The notes under the pieces: model-generated
What the model was told of the DNA's origin: nothing
Database searches by the model: none
Seen by the model: the letters and a program-made list of their open reading frames with translations, nothing else
Shown: positions 31,276-44,682 of the stretch, piece by piece
Layout of the letters: every line of letters starts with the position of its first letter
How positions within the stretch are numbered: the stretch's first letter is position 1
Assembly: GCF_013167455.1 (NCBI RefSeq)
Contig: NZ_CP038328.1
Length of the DNA stretch: 64,000 bases
From: Escherichia coli O157:H7
Lineage (GTDB): Bacteria > Pseudomonadota > Gammaproteobacteria > Enterobacterales > Enterobacteriaceae
Direction: 5' to 3' (one strand)
Translations under genes and position numbers: made by a program

Positions 31276-33858
31276 ATGCAAGAGCAATACCGCCCGGAAG
31301 AGATAGAATCCAAAGTACAGCTTCATTGGGATGAGAAGCGCACATTTGAAGTAACCGAAGACGAGAGCAAAGAGAAGTATTACTGCCTGTCTATGCTTCC
31401 CTATCCTTCTGGTCGACTACACATGGGCCACGTACGTAACTACACCATCGGTGACGTGATCGCCCGTTACCAGCGCATGCTGGGCAAAAACGTTCTGCAG
31501 CCGATCGGCTGGGACGCGTTTGGTCTGCCTGCGGAAGGCGCGGCGGTGAAAAACAACACCGCTCCGGCACCGTGGACGTACGACAACATCGCGTATATGA
31601 AAAACCAGCTCAAAATGCTGGGCTTTGGTTATGACTGGAGCCGCGAGCTGGCAACCTGTACGCCGGAATACTACCGTTGGGAACAGAAATTCTTCACCGA
31701 GCTGTATAAAAAAGGCCTGGTATATAAGAAGACTTCTGCGGTCAACTGGTGCCCGAACGACCAGACCGTACTGGCGAACGAACAAGTTATCGACGGCTGC
31801 TGCTGGCGCTGCGATACCAAAGTTGAACGTAAAGAGATCCCGCAGTGGTTTATCAAAATCACTGCTTACGCTGACGAGCTGCTCAACGATTTGGATAAAC
31901 TGGATCACTGGCCAGACACCGTTAAAACCATGCAGCGTAACTGGATCGGTCGTTCCGAAGGCGTGGAAATCACCTTCAACGTTAACGACTATGACAACAC
32001 GCTGACCGTTTACACTACCCGCCCGGACACCTTTATGGGTTGTACCTACCTGGCGGTAGCTGCGGGTCATCCGCTGGCGCAGAAAGCGGCGGAAAATAAT
32101 CCTGAACTGGCGGCCTTTATTGACGAATGCCGTAACACCAAAGTTGCTGAAGCTGAAATGGCGACGATGGAGAAAAAAGGCGTCAATACTGGCTTTAAAG
32201 CTGTTCACCCATTAACGGGCGAAGAAATTCCCGTTTGGGCAGCAAACTTCGTATTGATGGAGTACGGCACGGGCGCAGTAATGGCGGTTCCGGGGCACGA
32301 CCAACGCGACTACGAGTTTGCCTCTAAATACGGCCTGAACATCAAACCGGTTATCCTGGCGGCTGACGGCTCTGAGCCAGATCTTTCTCAGCAAGCCCTG
32401 ACTGAAAAAGGCGTGCTGTTCAACTCTGGCGAGTTCAACGGTCTTGACCATGAAGCGGCCTTCAACGCCATCGCCGATAAACTGACTGCGATGGGCGTTG
32501 GCGAGCGTAAAGTGAACTACCGCCTGCGTGACTGGGGTGTTTCTCGTCAGCGTTACTGGGGCGCGCCGATTCCGATGGTGACGCTGGAAGACGGTACCGT
32601 AATGCCGACCCCGGACGACCAGCTGCCGGTGATCCTGCCGGAAGATGTGGTGATGGACGGCATTACCAGCCCGATTAAAGCAGATCCACAGTGGGCGAAA
32701 ACTACCGTTAACGGTATGCCAGCGCTGCGTGAAACCGACACTTTCGACACCTTTATGGAGTCCTCCTGGTACTATGCGCGCTACACTTGCCCAGAGTACA
32801 AAGAAGGTATGCTGGATTCCGAAGCGGCTAACTACTGGCTGCCGGTGGATATCTACATTGGTGGTATCGAACACGCCATTATGCACCTGCTCTACTTCCG
32901 CTTCTTCCACAAACTGATGCGTGATGCAGGCATGGTGAACTCTGACGAACCAGCGAAACAGTTGCTGTGTCAGGGTATGGTGCTGGCAGATGCCTTCTAC
33001 TATGTTGGCGAAAACGGCGAACGTAACTGGGTTTCCCCGGTTGATGCTATCGTTGAACGTGACGAGAAAGGCCGTATCGTGAAAGCGAAAGATGCGGCAG
33101 GCCATGAACTGGTTTATACCGGCATGAGCAAAATGTCCAAGTCGAAGAACAACGGTATCGACCCGCAGGTGATGGTTGAACGTTACGGCGCGGACACCGT
33201 TCGTCTGTTTATGATGTTTGCTTCTCCGGCTGATATGACTCTCGAATGGCAGGAATCCGGCGTGGAAGGGGCTAACCGCTTCCTGAAACGTGTCTGGAAA
33301 CTGGTGTACGAGCATACTGCGAAAGGTGATGTTGCGGCACTGAACGTTGATGCACTGACTGAAGATCAGAAAGCGCTGCGTCGCGATGTGCATAAAACTA
33401 TCGCTAAAGTGACCGATGATATCGGCCGTCGTCAGACCTTCAACACCGCAATTGCGGCGATTATGGAGCTGATGAACAAACTGGCGAAAGCACCGACCGA
33501 TGGCGAGCAGGATCGCGCTCTGATGCAGGAAGCACTGCTGGCCGTTGTCCGTATGCTTAACCCGTTCACCCCGCACATCTGCTTCACGCTGTGGCAGGAA
33601 CTGAAAGGCGAAGGCGATATCGACAACGCGCCGTGGCCGGTTGCTGACGAAAAAGCGATGGTGGAAGACTCCACGCTGGTCGTGGTGCAGGTTAACGGTA
33701 AAGTCCGTGCTAAAATCACCGTTCCGGTGGACGCAACGGAAGAACAGGTTCGCGAACGTGCTGGCCAGGAACATCTGGTAGCAAAATATCTTGATGGCGT
33801 TACTGTACGTAAAGTGATTTACGTACCAGGTAAACTCCTCAATCTGGTCGTTGGCTAA
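31276..33858 (+). CDS. leuS: leucyl-tRNA synthetase
   Basis: Starts [22 protein letters not shown] and KMSKS motifs; 860 aa. The ORF-track start at 31252 is an upstream ATG. Confidence 0.95.
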   Translation: MQEQYRPEEIESKVQLHWDEKRTFEVTEDESKEKYYCLSMLPYPSGRLHMGHVRNYTIGDVIARYQRMLGKNVLQPIGWDAFGLPAEGAAVKNNTAPAPWTYDNIAYMKNQLKMLGFGYDWSRELATCTPEYYRWEQKFFTELYKKGLVYKKTSAVNWCPNDQTVLANEQVIDGCCWRCDTKVERKEIPQWFIKITAYADELLNDLDKLDHWPDTVKTMQRNWIGRSEGVEITFNVNDYDNTLTVYTTRPDTFMGCTYLAVAAGHPLAQKAAENNPELAAFIDECRNTKVAEAEMATMEKKGVNTGFKAVHPLTGEEIPVWAANFVLMEYGTGAVMAVPGHDQRDYEFASKYGLNIKPVILAADGSEPDLSQQALTEKGVLFNSGEFNGLDHEAAFNAIADKLTAMGVGERKVNYRLRDWGVSRQRYWGAPIPMVTLEDGTVMPTPDDQLPVILPEDVVMDGITSPIKADPQWAKTTVNGMPALRETDTFDTFMESSWYYARYTCPEYKEGMLDSEAANYWLPVDIYIGGIEHAIMHLLYFRFFHKLMRDAGMVNSDEPAKQLLCQGMVLADAFYYVGENGERNWVSPVDAIVERDEKGRIVKAKDAAGHELVYTGMSKMSKSKNNGIDPQVMVERYGADTVRLFMMFASPADMTLEWQESGVEGANRFLKRVWKLVYEHTAKGDVAALNVDALTEDQKALRRDVHKTIAKVTDDIGRRQTFNTAIAAIMELMNKLAKAPTDGEQDRALMQEALLAVVRMLNPFTPHICFTLWQELKGEGDIDNAPWPVADEKAMVEDSTLVVVQVNGKVRAKITVPVDATEEQVRERAGQEHLVAKYLDGVTVRKVIYVPGKLLNLVVG

Positions 33859-33872
33859 GCGCGGGAGGAAGC

Positions 33873-34454
33873 GTGCGATATCTGGCAACATTGTTGTTAT
33901 CTCTGGCGGTGTTAATCACCGCCGGGTGTGGCTGGCATCTGCGTGACACCACGCAGGTTCCTTCCACTATGAAGGTCATGATCCTGGACTCAGGCGATCC
34001 GAACGGGCCATTAAGCCGTGCGGTGCGTAACCAGTTACGTCTGAATGGTGTCGAGTTGCTTGATAAAGAAACCACGCGTAAGGACGTTCCATCCCTGCGT
34101 TTGGGTGCTGTATCAATCTCACAGGATACCGCGTCGGTTTTCCGTAATGGTCAAACTGCGGAATATCAGATGGTGATGACTGTTAGCGCGTCGGTATTGA
34201 TTCCTGGACGAGATATCTACCCGATTAGCACCAAAGTCTTCCGTTCATTCTTCGATAACCCGCAAATGGCGTTAGCGAAAGATAACGAGCAGGAAATGAT
34301 CATTAAAGAGATGTACGACCGTGCTGCCGAACAGCTGATTCGTAAGCTGCCAAGCATCCGTGCTGCGGATATTCGTTCCGACGAAGAACAGACGTCGACT
34401 ACAACGGATACTCCGGCAACGCCTGCACGCGTCTCCACCACGCTGGGTAACTGA
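33873..34454 (+). CDS. lptE: LPS assembly lipoprotein LptE
   Basis: 193-aa ORF with GTG start and lipobox (LITAGC). Confidence 0.95.
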
Positions 34455-35485
34455 TGATTCGGTTGTACCCGGAACAACTCCGCGCGCAGCTCAATGAAGG
34501 GCTGCGCGCGGCGTATCTTTTACTTGGTAACGATCCTCTGTTATTGCAGGAAAGCCAGGACGCTGTTCGTCAGGTAGCTGCGGCACAAGGATTCGAAGAA
34601 CACCACACTTTTTCCATTGATCCCAACACTGACTGGAATGCGATCTTTTCGTTATGCCAGGCCATGAGTCTGTTTGCCAGTCGACAAACGCTATTGCTGT
34701 TGTTACCAGAAAACGGACCGAACGCGGCGATCAATGAACAACTTCTCACACTCACCGGACTTCTGCATGACGACCTGCTGTTGATCGTCCGCGGTAATAA
34801 ATTAAGCAAAGCGCAAGAAAATGCCGCCTGGTTTACTGCTCTTGCGAATCGCAGCGTGCAGGTGACCTGTCAGACACCGGAGCAGGCTCAGCTTCCCCGC
34901 TGGGTTGCTGCGCGCGCAAAACAGCTCAACTTAGAACTGGATGACGCGGCGAATCAGGTGCTCTGCTACTGTTATGAAGGTAACCTGCTGGCGCTGGCTC
35001 AGGCACTGGAGCGTTTATCGCTGCTCTGGCCAGACGGCAAACTGACATTACCGCGCGTTGAACAGGCGGTGAATGATGCCGCGCATTTCACTCCTTTTCA
35101 TTGGGTTGATGCTTTGTTGATGGGAAAAAGTAAGCGCGCATTGCATATTCTTCAGCAACTGCGTCTGGAAGGCAGCGAACCGGTTATTTTGTTGCGCACA
35201 TTACAACGTGAACTCTTGTTACTGGTTAACCTGAAACGCCAGTCTGCCCATACGCCACTGCGTGCGTTGTTTGATAAGCATCGGGTATGGCAGAACCGCC
35301 GGGGCATGATGGGCGAGGCGTTAAATCGCTTAAGTCAGCCGCAGTTACGTCAGGCCGTGCAACTCCTGACACGAACGGAACTCACCCTCAAACAAGATTA
35401 CAGTCAGTCAGTGTGGGCAGAGTTGGAAGGGTTATCTCTTCTGTTGTGCCATAAACCCCTGGCGGACGTATTTATCGACGGTTGA
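34454..35485 (+). CDS. holA: DNA polymerase III delta subunit
   Basis: 343-aa ORF; start overlaps the lptE stop. Confidence 0.95.
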   Translation: MIRLYPEQLRAQLNEGLRAAYLLLGNDPLLLQESQDAVRQVAAAQGFEEHHTFSIDPNTDWNAIFSLCQAMSLFASRQTLLLLLPENGPNAAINEQLLTLTGLLHDDLLLIVRGNKLSKAQENAAWFTALANRSVQVTCQTPEQAQLPRWVAARAKQLNLELDDAANQVLCYCYEGNLLALAQALERLSLLWPDGKLTLPRVEQAVNDAAHFTPFHWVDALLMGKSKRALHILQQLRLEGSEPVILLRTLQRELLLLVNLKRQSAHTPLRALFDKHRVWQNRRGMMGEALNRLSQPQLRQAVQLLTRTELTLKQDYSQSVWAELEGLSLLLCHKPLADVFIDG

Positions 35486-35486
35486 T

Positions 35487-36128
35487 ATGAAATCTTTACA
35501 GGCTCTGTTTGGCGGCACCTTTGATCCGGTGCACTATGGTCATCTAAAACCCGTGGAAACGCTGGCGAATTTGATTGGTCTGACGCGAGTCACAATCATC
35601 CCTAATAATGTTCCTCCGCATCGTCCCCAGCCGGAAGCGAACAGCGTACAGCGTAAACACATGCTTGAACTGGCGATTGCCGACAAGCCATTATTTACTC
35701 TTGATGAACGCGAGCTAAAGCGCAATGCCCCCTCTTACACTGCGCAAACACTGAAAGAGTGGCGGCAGGAACAAGGGCCGGACGTGCCGCTGGCGTTTAT
35801 TATTGGTCAGGATTCATTGCTGACCTTTCCGACCTGGTACGAATACGAAACGATACTCGACAATGCACATTTGATCGTCTGTCGGCGTCCAGGTTACCCA
35901 CTTGAAATGGCGCAACCGCAATACCAGCAATGGCTGGAAGATCATTTGACACATAACCCGGAAGATCTTCACCTTCAGCCTGCCGGTAAAATTTATCTGG
36001 CTGAAACGCCGTGGTTTAACATCTCGGCGACCATCATCCGCGAACGTTTGCAAAACGGTGAATCATGTGATGATTTATTGCCGGAACCGGTACTGACTTA
36101 CATTAACCAACAAGGCTTGTATCGCTGA
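35487..36128 (+). CDS. nadD: nicotinate-mononucleotide adenylyltransferase
   Basis: 213-aa ORF with [11 protein letters not shown] motif. Confidence 0.95.
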   Translation: MKSLQALFGGTFDPVHYGHLKPVETLANLIGLTRVTIIPNNVPPHRPQPEANSVQRKHMLELAIADKPLFTLDERELKRNAPSYTAQTLKEWRQEQGPDVPLAFIIGQDSLLTFPTWYEYETILDNAHLIVCRRPGYPLEMAQPQYQQWLEDHLTHNPEDLHLQPAGKIYLAETPWFNISATIIRERLQNGESCDDLLPEPVLTYINQQGLYR

Positions 36129-36151
36129 TACCTGTCGTTACGGAGGGCATG

Positions 36152-36763
36152 ATGCGACTGTGGTTAATTCGTCATGGCGAAACACAAGCGAATGTCGATG
36201 GTCTGTACAGCGGTCATGCGCCCACACCCCTGACCGCACGCGGTATTGAGCAAGCGCAAAATCTGCATACACTGCTAGATGATGTTTCCTTTGACCTGGT
36301 TTTATGCAGTGAACTGGAACGGGCACAGCATACCGCGCGACTGGTTCTCAGTGACCGCCAGCTCCCCGTTCATATCATCCCTGAACTCAACGAAATGTTT
36401 TTTGGCGACTGGGAGATGCGACATCATCGCGACCTCATGCAAGAAGATGCCGAAAACTATAGCGCGTGGTGCAATGACTGGCAGCATGCTATCCCCACGA
36501 ACGGTGAAGGATTTCAGGCATTTTCGCAACGTGTGGAACGCTTTATCGCAAGGCTTAGTGAATATCAGCACTATCAGAATATTTTAATCGTCAGCCATCA
36601 GGGCGTACTTAGTCTGTTAATTGCTCGTTTAATTGGCATGCCTGCCGAGTCTATGTGGCATTTTCGCGTTGACCAGGGGTGTTGGAGCGCCATTGATATA
36701 AACCAAAAATTCGCGACGCTACGCGTCCTCAATAGCCGTGCCATCGGGGTCGAGAATGCATGA
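36152..36763 (+). CDS. cobC: alpha-ribazole phosphatase (histidine phosphatase family)
   Basis: Starts MRLWLIRHGETQAN (RHG motif); 203 aa. Confidence 0.9.
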   Translation: MRLWLIRHGETQANVDGLYSGHAPTPLTARGIEQAQNLHTLLDDVSFDLVLCSELERAQHTARLVLSDRQLPVHIIPELNEMFFGDWEMRHHRDLMQEDAENYSAWCNDWQHAIPTNGEGFQAFSQRVERFIARLSEYQHYQNILIVSHQGVLSLLIARLIGMPAESMWHFRVDQGCWSAIDINQKFATLRVLNSRAIGVENA

Positions 36764-37004
36764 CTTTTCTGTTTTTTTACGGGTAAGCCGCAACGACCAT
36801 TGACAGCCCCGGGCAGGCTGATATTCTCCGCAGCCAGACTTTTTCCGCCAGACACGACTTTGTAGAAATTGTTTTACAAAAATGGCGATGCAATCTGCGG
36901 CGCGGGGTGGGATGATAGCCCACTTTCGAAAGCCGATTCGGCGACAATTGTCCCGAAATCGCCTCTGGTTCAGGTATACTGACAGACCATTTTTATCTAT
37001 TTGA

Positions 37005-37340
<336 letters not shown>

Positions 37341-37343
37341 TGC

Positions 37344-37811
37344 GTGAAGCTGCAACTTGTCGCCGTGGGAACGAAAATGCCGGACTGGGTACAAACCGGT
37401 TTTACCGAGTACCTGCGTCGTTTTCCGAAAGATATGCCCTTCGAGCTGATTGAAATTCCGGCCGGAAAACGCGGCAAGAATGCGGACATCAAGCGCATAC
37501 TCGACAAAGAGGGTGAGCAGATGTTGGCGGCCGCAGGCAAAAACCGCATTGTCACCCTCGATATTCCAGGCAAGCCCTGGGATACGCCGCAGTTAGCCGC
37601 TGAGCTGGAACGCTGGAAGCTGGATGGTCGCGACGTCAGTCTACTGATTGGCGGGCCTGAAGGGTTGTCGCCTGCCTGTAAAGCGGCGGCGGAGCAGAGC
37701 TGGTCGCTGTCGGCGCTTACCCTCCCCCATCCGCTGGTTCGCGTGCTGGTCGCAGAGAGTCTGTACCGGGCGTGGAGCATCACCACCAACCATCCTTATC
37801 ACCGTGAGTGA
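37344..37811 (+). CDS. rlmH: 23S rRNA m3-pseudouridine1915 methyltransferase
   Basis: 155-aa ORF with GTG start; SPOUT family. Confidence 0.95.
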
Positions 37812-37841
37812 TAAGGGAGCTTTGAGTAGAAAACGCAGCGG

Positions 37842-39743
37842 ATGAAACTACAGAACTCTTTTCGCGACTATACGGCAGAGTCCGCGCTGTTTGTGCGCCG
37901 GGCGCTGGTCGCCTTTTTGGGGATTTTGCTGCTGACCGGCGTGCTTATCGCCAACCTGTATAATCTGCAAATTGTTCGCTTTACCGACTACCAGACCCGC
38001 TCTAATGAAAACCGCATTAAGCTGGTGCCTATCGCGCCCAGCCGCGGCATTATCTACGACCGTAACGGTATCCCTCTGGCCCTCAACCGCACTATCTACC
38101 AGATAGAAATGATGCCGGAGAAAGTCGATAACGTGCAGCAAACGCTGGACGCTTTGCGCAGCGTGGTTGATCTGACCGATGACGATATTGCTGCATTCCG
38201 AAAAGAGCGCGCACGTTCACACCGTTTCACCTCCATTCCGGTGAAAACTAACCTGACCGAAGTACAAGTAGCTCGCTTTGCCGTCAATCAGTACCGTTTT
38301 CCGGGTGTTGAAGTTAAAGGCTATAAACGTCGTTACTATCCTTACGGTTCGGCGTTGACCCACGTCATCGGCTATGTGTCGAAAATCAACGATAAAGACG
38401 TCGAACGCCTGAATAATGACGGCAAACTGGCCAACTATGCGGCAACGCATGATATCGGTAAGCTGGGCATTGAGCGTTACTATGAAGACGTGCTGCACGG
38501 TCAGACCGGTTATGAAGAGGTTGAAGTTAACAACCGTGGGCGTGTTATCCGCCAGTTAAAAGAAGTCCCACCGCAAGCCGGACACGATATTTACCTGACG
38601 CTGGATCTCAAACTCCAGCAATATATTGAAACGCTGCTGGCGGGTAGCCGCGCAGCTGTGGTAGTCACCGATCCGCGTACAGGTGGGGTGCTGGCGCTGG
38701 TTTCCACGCCTAGTTATGACCCAAACTTGTTTGTTGACGGTATCTCCAGCAAAGATTATTCCGCCTTGTTGAACGACCCGAATACACCGCTGGTGAACCG
38801 CGCCACACAGGGGGTTTATCCTCCCGCGTCTACAGTTAAACCCTATGTGGCGGTTTCGGCATTGAGCGCCGGGGTGATCACGCGCAATACGACGCTGTTT
38901 GACCCTGGCTGGTGGCAACTGCCAGGTTCGGAAAAACGTTATCGTGACTGGAAAAAATGGGGCCACGGGCGTCTGAATGTCACAAGATCGCTGGAAGAAT
39001 CTGCGGATACCTTCTTCTATCAGGTGGCCTACGATATGGGGATCGATCGCCTCTCCGAATGGATGGGTAAATTCGGTTATGGTCATTATACCGGTATCGA
39101 CCTGGCGGAAGAACGTTCCGGCAATATGCCTACCCGCGAATGGAAACAGAAACGCTTTAAAAAACCGTGGTATCAGGGTGACACCATTCCGGTTGGTATC
39201 GGTCAGGGTTACTGGACAGCGACCCCAATCCAGATGAGTAAGGCACTGATGATCCTGATTAATGACGGTATCGTGAAGGTTCCGCATTTGCTGATGAGCA
39301 CCGCCGAAGACGGCAAACAGGTGCCATGGGTACAACCGCATGAACCGCCCGTTGGCGATATTCATTCCGGTTACTGGGAGCTGGCGAAAGACGGTATGTA
39401 CGGTGTTGCTAACCGCCCTAACGGTACGGCGCATAAATACTTTGCCAGCGCACCGTACAAAATTGCGGCGAAATCTGGTACCGCTCAGGTCTTCGGTCTG
39501 AAAGCGAACGAAACCTATAATGCGCACAAAATTGCCGAGCGTTTACGTGACCACAAACTGATGACCGCCTTTGCGCCATACAACAATCCGCAAGTGGCTG
39601 TCGCCATGATTCTGGAGAACGGTGGCGCGGGTCCGGCGGTTGGTACGCTGATGCGCCAGATCCTCGACCACATTATGCTGGGTGATAACAACACCGATCT
39701 GCCTGCGGAAAATCCTGCGGTTGCCGCAGCGGAGGACCATTAA
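37842..39743 (+). CDS. mrdA: penicillin-binding protein 2 (elongasome transpeptidase)
   Basis: 633-aa ORF with STVK and KSGT motifs. Confidence 0.95.
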   Translation: MKLQNSFRDYTAESALFVRRALVAFLGILLLTGVLIANLYNLQIVRFTDYQTRSNENRIKLVPIAPSRGIIYDRNGIPLALNRTIYQIEMMPEKVDNVQQTLDALRSVVDLTDDDIAAFRKERARSHRFTSIPVKTNLTEVQVARFAVNQYRFPGVEVKGYKRRYYPYGSALTHVIGYVSKINDKDVERLNNDGKLANYAATHDIGKLGIERYYEDVLHGQTGYEEVEVNNRGRVIRQLKEVPPQAGHDIYLTLDLKLQQYIETLLAGSRAAVVVTDPRTGGVLALVSTPSYDPNLFVDGISSKDYSALLNDPNTPLVNRATQGVYPPASTVKPYVAVSALSAGVITRNTTLFDPGWWQLPGSEKRYRDWKKWGHGRLNVTRSLEESADTFFYQVAYDMGIDRLSEWMGKFGYGHYTGIDLAEERSGNMPTREWKQKRFKKPWYQGDTIPVGIGQGYWTATPIQMSKALMILINDGIVKVPHLLMSTAEDGKQVPWVQPHEPPVGDIHSGYWELAKDGMYGVANRPNGTAHKYFASAPYKIAAKSGTAQVFGLKANETYNAHKIAERLRDHKLMTAFAPYNNPQVAVAMILENGGAGPAVGTLMRQILDHIMLGDNNTDLPAENPAVAAAEDH

Positions 39744-39745
39744 TC

Positions 39746-40858
39746 ATGACGGATAATCCGAATAAAAAAACATTCTGGGATAAAGTCCATCTCGATCCCA
39801 CAATGCTGCTGATTTTACTGGCATTGCTGGTTTACAGCGCCCTGGTTATCTGGAGCGCCAGCGGTCAGGATATTGGCATGATGGAGCGTAAAATCGGCCA
39901 AATCGCGATGGGTCTGGTCATCATGGTGGTGATGGCGCAAATTCCTCCACGCGTTTATGAAGGCTGGGCCCCCTATCTCTATATCATCTGTATTATTTTG
40001 CTGGTGGCGGTAGATGCTTTCGGTGCCATCTCTAAAGGCGCTCAACGCTGGCTGGACCTCGGTATTGTTCGTTTTCAGCCGTCGGAAATTGCCAAAATAG
40101 CCGTACCACTGATGGTTGCGCGCTTTATCAACCGCGACGTTTGCCCGCCATCGTTGAAGAACACTGGCATCGCGCTGGTGCTGATATTTATGCCCACGCT
40201 GCTGGTGGCTGCACAGCCTGACCTGGGAACATCAATCCTCGTTGCGCTTTCCGGTCTGTTTGTACTGTTCCTCTCTGGCCTTAGCTGGCGTCTGATTGGC
40301 GTCGCAGTAGTGCTGGTAGCGGCGTTCATTCCGATTCTGTGGTTCTTCCTGATGCATGATTACCAGCGCCAGCGCGTAATGATGCTCCTGGACCCGGAAT
40401 CAGACCCACTCGGCGCGGGCTATCACATTATTCAGTCTAAAATTGCTATTGGCTCCGGCGGATTACGCGGCAAAGGCTGGCTGCACGGCACTCAGTCACA
40501 GCTTGAATTTCTCCCCGAACGCCATACTGACTTTATCTTCGCGGTACTGGCGGAAGAGCTGGGATTAGTGGGCATTTTGATTCTGCTCGCTCTCTACATT
40601 CTGCTGATCATGCGCGGGCTGTGGATAGCCGCCAGAGCGCAAACCACCTTTGGTCGCGTCATGGCTGGCGGCTTAATGCTGATATTATTCGTTTATGTCT
40701 TCGTAAATATTGGTATGGTAAGCGGTATTCTGCCGGTTGTAGGGGTTCCGCTCCCACTGGTCAGTTATGGAGGATCGGCGCTAATTGTGCTGATGGCTGG
40801 GTTCGGGATTGTAATGTCAATCCACACCCACAGGAAAATGTTGTCGAAAAGCGTGTAA
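39746..40858 (+). CDS. mrdB: SEDS-family peptidoglycan glycosyltransferase RodA
   Basis: 370-aa multi-TM ORF; recognised. Confidence 0.95.
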   Translation: MTDNPNKKTFWDKVHLDPTMLLILLALLVYSALVIWSASGQDIGMMERKIGQIAMGLVIMVVMAQIPPRVYEGWAPYLYIICIILLVAVDAFGAISKGAQRWLDLGIVRFQPSEIAKIAVPLMVARFINRDVCPPSLKNTGIALVLIFMPTLLVAAQPDLGTSILVALSGLFVLFLSGLSWRLIGVAVVLVAAFIPILWFFLMHDYQRQRVMMLLDPESDPLGAGYHIIQSKIAIGSGGLRGKGWLHGTQSQLEFLPERHTDFIFAVLAEELGLVGILILLALYILLIMRGLWIAARAQTTFGRVMAGGLMLILFVYVFVNIGMVSGILPVVGVPLPLVSYGGSALIVLMAGFGIVMSIHTHRKMLSKSV

Positions 40859-40868
40859 GAGGTGCGCA

Positions 40869-41957
40869 ATGCGTAAGCAGTGGCTCGGGATCTGCATCGC
40901 GGCAGGAATGCTCGCGGCATGTACAAGCGATGATGGTCAGCAACAGACAGTAAGTGTACCGCAGCCTGCGGTATGTAACGGCCCCATAGTTGAAATTAGC
41001 GGGGCGGACCCGCGTTTCGAACCACTGAACGCGACGGCAAATCAGGATTACCAGCGCGACGGTAAAAGCTACAAAATCGTGCAGGATCCGTCTCGATTTA
41101 TCCAGGCGGGACTGGCGGCAATCTATGATGCCGAACCAGGCAGTAACCTGACGGCCTCTGGCGAAGCTTTCGATCCGACACAGCTGACGGCGGCCCATCC
41201 AACGCTTCCGATCCCCAGCTACGCCAGAATCACTAACCTGGCTAACGGGCGAATGATCGTGGTGCGCATTAATGATCGCGGTCCTTACGGCAACGACCGC
41301 GTTATTTCGCTTTCTCGCGCAGCAGCTGACCGTCTTAACACGTCAAACAACACCAAAGTTCGTATCGATCCGATTATTGTCGCCCAGGATGGTTCGCTTT
41401 CTGGTCCTGGTATGGCTTGTACCACAGTCGCCAAACAGACTTACGCCCTGCCTGCACCTCCCGATTTAAGCGGTGGCGCGGGAACAAGTTCAGTGTCTGG
41501 CCCGCAGGGTGACATTCTTCCGGTCAGTAATTCGACGCTAAAAAGCGAAGATCCGACCGGCGCGCCGGTAACCAGCAGCGGTTTCCTCGGCGCACCAACG
41601 ACCTTAGCGCCAGGTGTACTGGAAGGCAGCGAACCGACGCCTGCTCCACAGCCCGTTGTTACAGCTCCGTCGACAACGCCTGCAACCTCGCCTGCAATGG
41701 TGACACCGCAAGCCGCCTCGCAAAGCGCCAGCGGCAACTTTATGGTGCAGGTCGGGGCCGTAAGCGATCAGGCTCGTGCGCAACAGTACCAACAGCAACT
41801 GGGACAGAAGTTCGGCGTCCCCGGTCGCGTAACTCAAAATGGCGCGGTCTGGCGGATCCAGCTTGGCCCATTCGCCAACAAAGCCGAAGCCAGTACCTTG
41901 CAGCAACGTTTGCAAACCGAAGCCCAATTACAGTCATTTATTACCACCGCGCAGTAG
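40869..41957 (+). CDS. rlpA: septal ring lytic transglycosylase RlpA (lipoprotein, SPOR domain)
   Basis: 362-aa ORF with lipobox LAAC and Pro/Thr-rich linker. Confidence 0.95.
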   Translation: MRKQWLGICIAAGMLAACTSDDGQQQTVSVPQPAVCNGPIVEISGADPRFEPLNATANQDYQRDGKSYKIVQDPSRFIQAGLAAIYDAEPGSNLTASGEAFDPTQLTAAHPTLPIPSYARITNLANGRMIVVRINDRGPYGNDRVISLSRAAADRLNTSNNTKVRIDPIIVAQDGSLSGPGMACTTVAKQTYALPAPPDLSGGAGTSSVSGPQGDILPVSNSTLKSEDPTGAPVTSSGFLGAPTTLAPGVLEGSEPTPAPQPVVTAPSTTPATSPAMVTPQAASQSASGNFMVQVGAVSDQARAQQYQQQLGQKFGVPGRVTQNGAVWRIQLGPFANKAEASTLQQRLQTEAQLQSFITTAQ

Positions 41958-42096
41958 CGTAAAGCAGGCATCTGATGTGTCAATTTCTGTAAATGACGTT
42001 AACAAAGTCACGCGGAAAGTCAGATGCCTGCCGGTAGTGCATTTGCTATAGTAGGGCACTTTTTTTAATTCCATCACGGATGTCGTAGTTCAGACC

Positions 42097-43308
42097 ATGA
42101 ATACCATTTTTTCCGCTCGTATCATGAAGCGCCTGGCGCTCACCACGGCTCTTTGCACAGCCTTTATCTCTGCTGCACATGCCGATGACCTGAATATCAA
42201 AACTATGATCCCGGGTGTACCGCAGATCGATGCGGAGTCCTACATCCTGATTGACTATAACTCCGGCAAAGTGCTCGCCGAACAGAACGCAGATGTCCGC
42301 CGCGATCCTGCCAGCCTGACCAAAATGATGACCAGTTACGTTATCGGCCAGGCAATGAAAGCCGGTAAATTTAAAGAAACTGATTTAGTCACTATTGGCA
42401 ACGACGCATGGGCCACCGGTAACCCGGTGTTTAAAGGTTCTTCGCTGATGTTCCTCAAACCGGGCATGCAGGTTCCGGTTTCTCAGCTGATCCGCGGTAT
42501 AAACCTGCAATCGGGTAACGATGCTTGTGTCGCCATGGCCGATTTTGCCGCTGGTAGCCAGGACGCTTTTGTTGGCTTGATGAACAGCTACGTTAACGCC
42601 CTGGGCCTGAAAAATACCCACTTCCAGACGGTACATGGTCTGGATGCTGATGGTCAGTACAGCTCCGCGCGCGATATGGCGCTGATCGGCCAGGCGTTGA
42701 TCCGTGACGTACCGAATGAATACTCGATCTATAAAGAAAAAGAATTTACGTTTAACGGTATTCGCCAGCTGAACCGTAACGGCCTGTTATGGGATAACAG
42801 CCTGAATGTCGACGGCATCAAAACCGGACACACTGACAAAGCAGGTTACAACCTTGTTGCTTCTGCGACTGAAGGCCAGATGCGCTTGATTTCTGCGGTG
42901 ATGGGCGGACGTACTTTTAAAGGCCGTGAAGCCGAAAGTAAAAAACTGCTAACCTGGGGCTTCCGTTTCTTCGAAACCGTTAACCCACTGAAAGTAGGTA
43001 AAGAGTTCGCCTCTGAACCGGTTTGGTTTGGTGATTCTGATCGCGCTTCGTTAGGGGTTGATAAAGACGTGTACCTGACCATTCCGCGTGGTCGCATGAA
43101 AGATCTGAAAGCCAGCTATGTGCTGAACAGCAGTGAATTGCATGCGCCGCTGCAAAAGAATCAGGTCGTCGGAACTATCAACTTCCAGCTTGATGGCAAA
43201 ACGATCGAACAACGCCCGCTGGTTGTGTTGCAAGAAATCCCGGAAGGTAACTTCTTCGGCAAAATCATTGATTACATTAAATTAATGTTCCATCACTGGT
43301 TTGGTTAA
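42097..43308 (+). CDS. dacA: D-alanyl-D-alanine carboxypeptidase PBP5
   Basis: 403-aa ORF with signal peptide and SLTK active-site motif. Confidence 0.95.
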
Positions 43309-43417
43309 AAATTGAACACTTGAAAGTGTAATTTCCGTCCCCATATACTAAGCATCAGTAAAAAACTCCCGCCTTCTGGCGGGAGTTGCTATTTAATTAC
43401 GTTACGCCGGAGCTGAC

Positions 43418-43681
43418 ATGAAAACCAAACTTAACGAACTGCTTGAATTCCCTACTCCTTTTACTTACAAAGTTATGGGGCAGGCGTTACCTGAGCTGGT
43501 TGATCAGGTGGTTGAAGTGGTACAGCGCCATGCGCCAGGTGACTACACCCCAACGGTAAAACCAAGCAGCAAAGGCAACTACCACTCGGTATCTATCACT
43601 ATCAACGCCACTCATATCGAGCAGGTTGAAACACTGTATGAAGAACTGGGCAAAATCGATATTGTCCGCATGGTTCTGTAA
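43418..43681 (+). CDS. ybeD: UPF0250 protein YbeD
   Basis: 87-aa ORF; recognised. Confidence 0.9.
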
Positions 43682-43781
43682 CTCGCTTCTCCGTTACCCG
43701 GCCCCTGGTCGGGTAACTCCCCTCTCCTCGCTGTGATATACTTTTCTCCCACTTTTACTCATTCTCCACGGAGATGCCGTT

Positions 43782-44423
43782 TTGTATCAGGATAAAATTC
43801 TTGTCCGCCAGCTCGGTCTTCAGCCTTACGAGCCAATCTCCCAGGCTATGCATGAATTCACCGATACCCGCGATGATAGTACCCTTGATGAAATCTGGCT
43901 GGTCGAGCACTATCCGGTATTCACCCAAGGGCAGGCAGGAAAGGCGGAGCACATTTTAATGCCCGGTGATATTCCGGTGATTCAGAGCGATCGCGGTGGG
44001 CAGGTGACTTATCACGGGCCGGGGCAACAGGTGATGTATGTATTGCTTAACCTGAAACGCCGTAAACTCGGTGTGCGTGAACTGGTGACCTTGCTTGAGC
44101 AAACAGTGGTGAATACCCTGGCTGAACTGGGTATAGAAGCGCATCCTCGGGCTGACGCGCCAGGTGTCTATGTTGGGGAAAAGAAAATTTGCTCACTGGG
44201 TTTACGTATTCGACGCGGTTGTTCATTCCACGGTCTGGCATTAAACGTCAATATGGATCTTTCACCATTTTTACGTATTAATCCTTGTGGGTATGCCGGA
44301 ATGGAAATGGCTAAAATATCACAATGGAAACCCGAAGCGACGACTAATAATATTGCACCACGTTTACTGGAAAATATTTTAGCGCTACTAAACAATCCTG
44401 ACTTCGAATATATTACCGCTTAA
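43782..44423 (+). CDS. lipB: octanoyltransferase (lipoate-protein ligase B)
   Basis: 213-aa ORF with TTG start; recognised. Confidence 0.9.
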
Positions 44424-44682
44424 TTTCATACCTCAATGGCCCAATTTACACTGGGTCATTACTCATAACACCTGCTAATGCTTTACATCTCCTTCGCGTT
44501 TGTATATTTTCTTTATCACTTGCAGAAATGCGATGCTACGCCTTGCTCCGTAACTCACCCCATTGATTAACTTATTGAAATAGTTGATTATGATGAGCAA
44601 AAGCGTTCCGTTCCAATTAGACATAAGATTATTGTAATTTTTTTAAATATTATTTTTCCATGAATAAAATTGGAGTAAGTGC

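Noticed and set aside
32212-33891. 559-aa minus-strand ORF antisense to leuS (also 31417..32208)
   Set aside because: It lies entirely inside the strongly supported leuS frame and has no recognisable domain; long antisense ORFs are common opposite GC-rich highly expressed genes.
38556-39527. 323-aa minus-strand ORF antisense to mrdA
   Set aside because: Inside mrdA; Arg/His-rich low-complexity translation typical of antisense frames.
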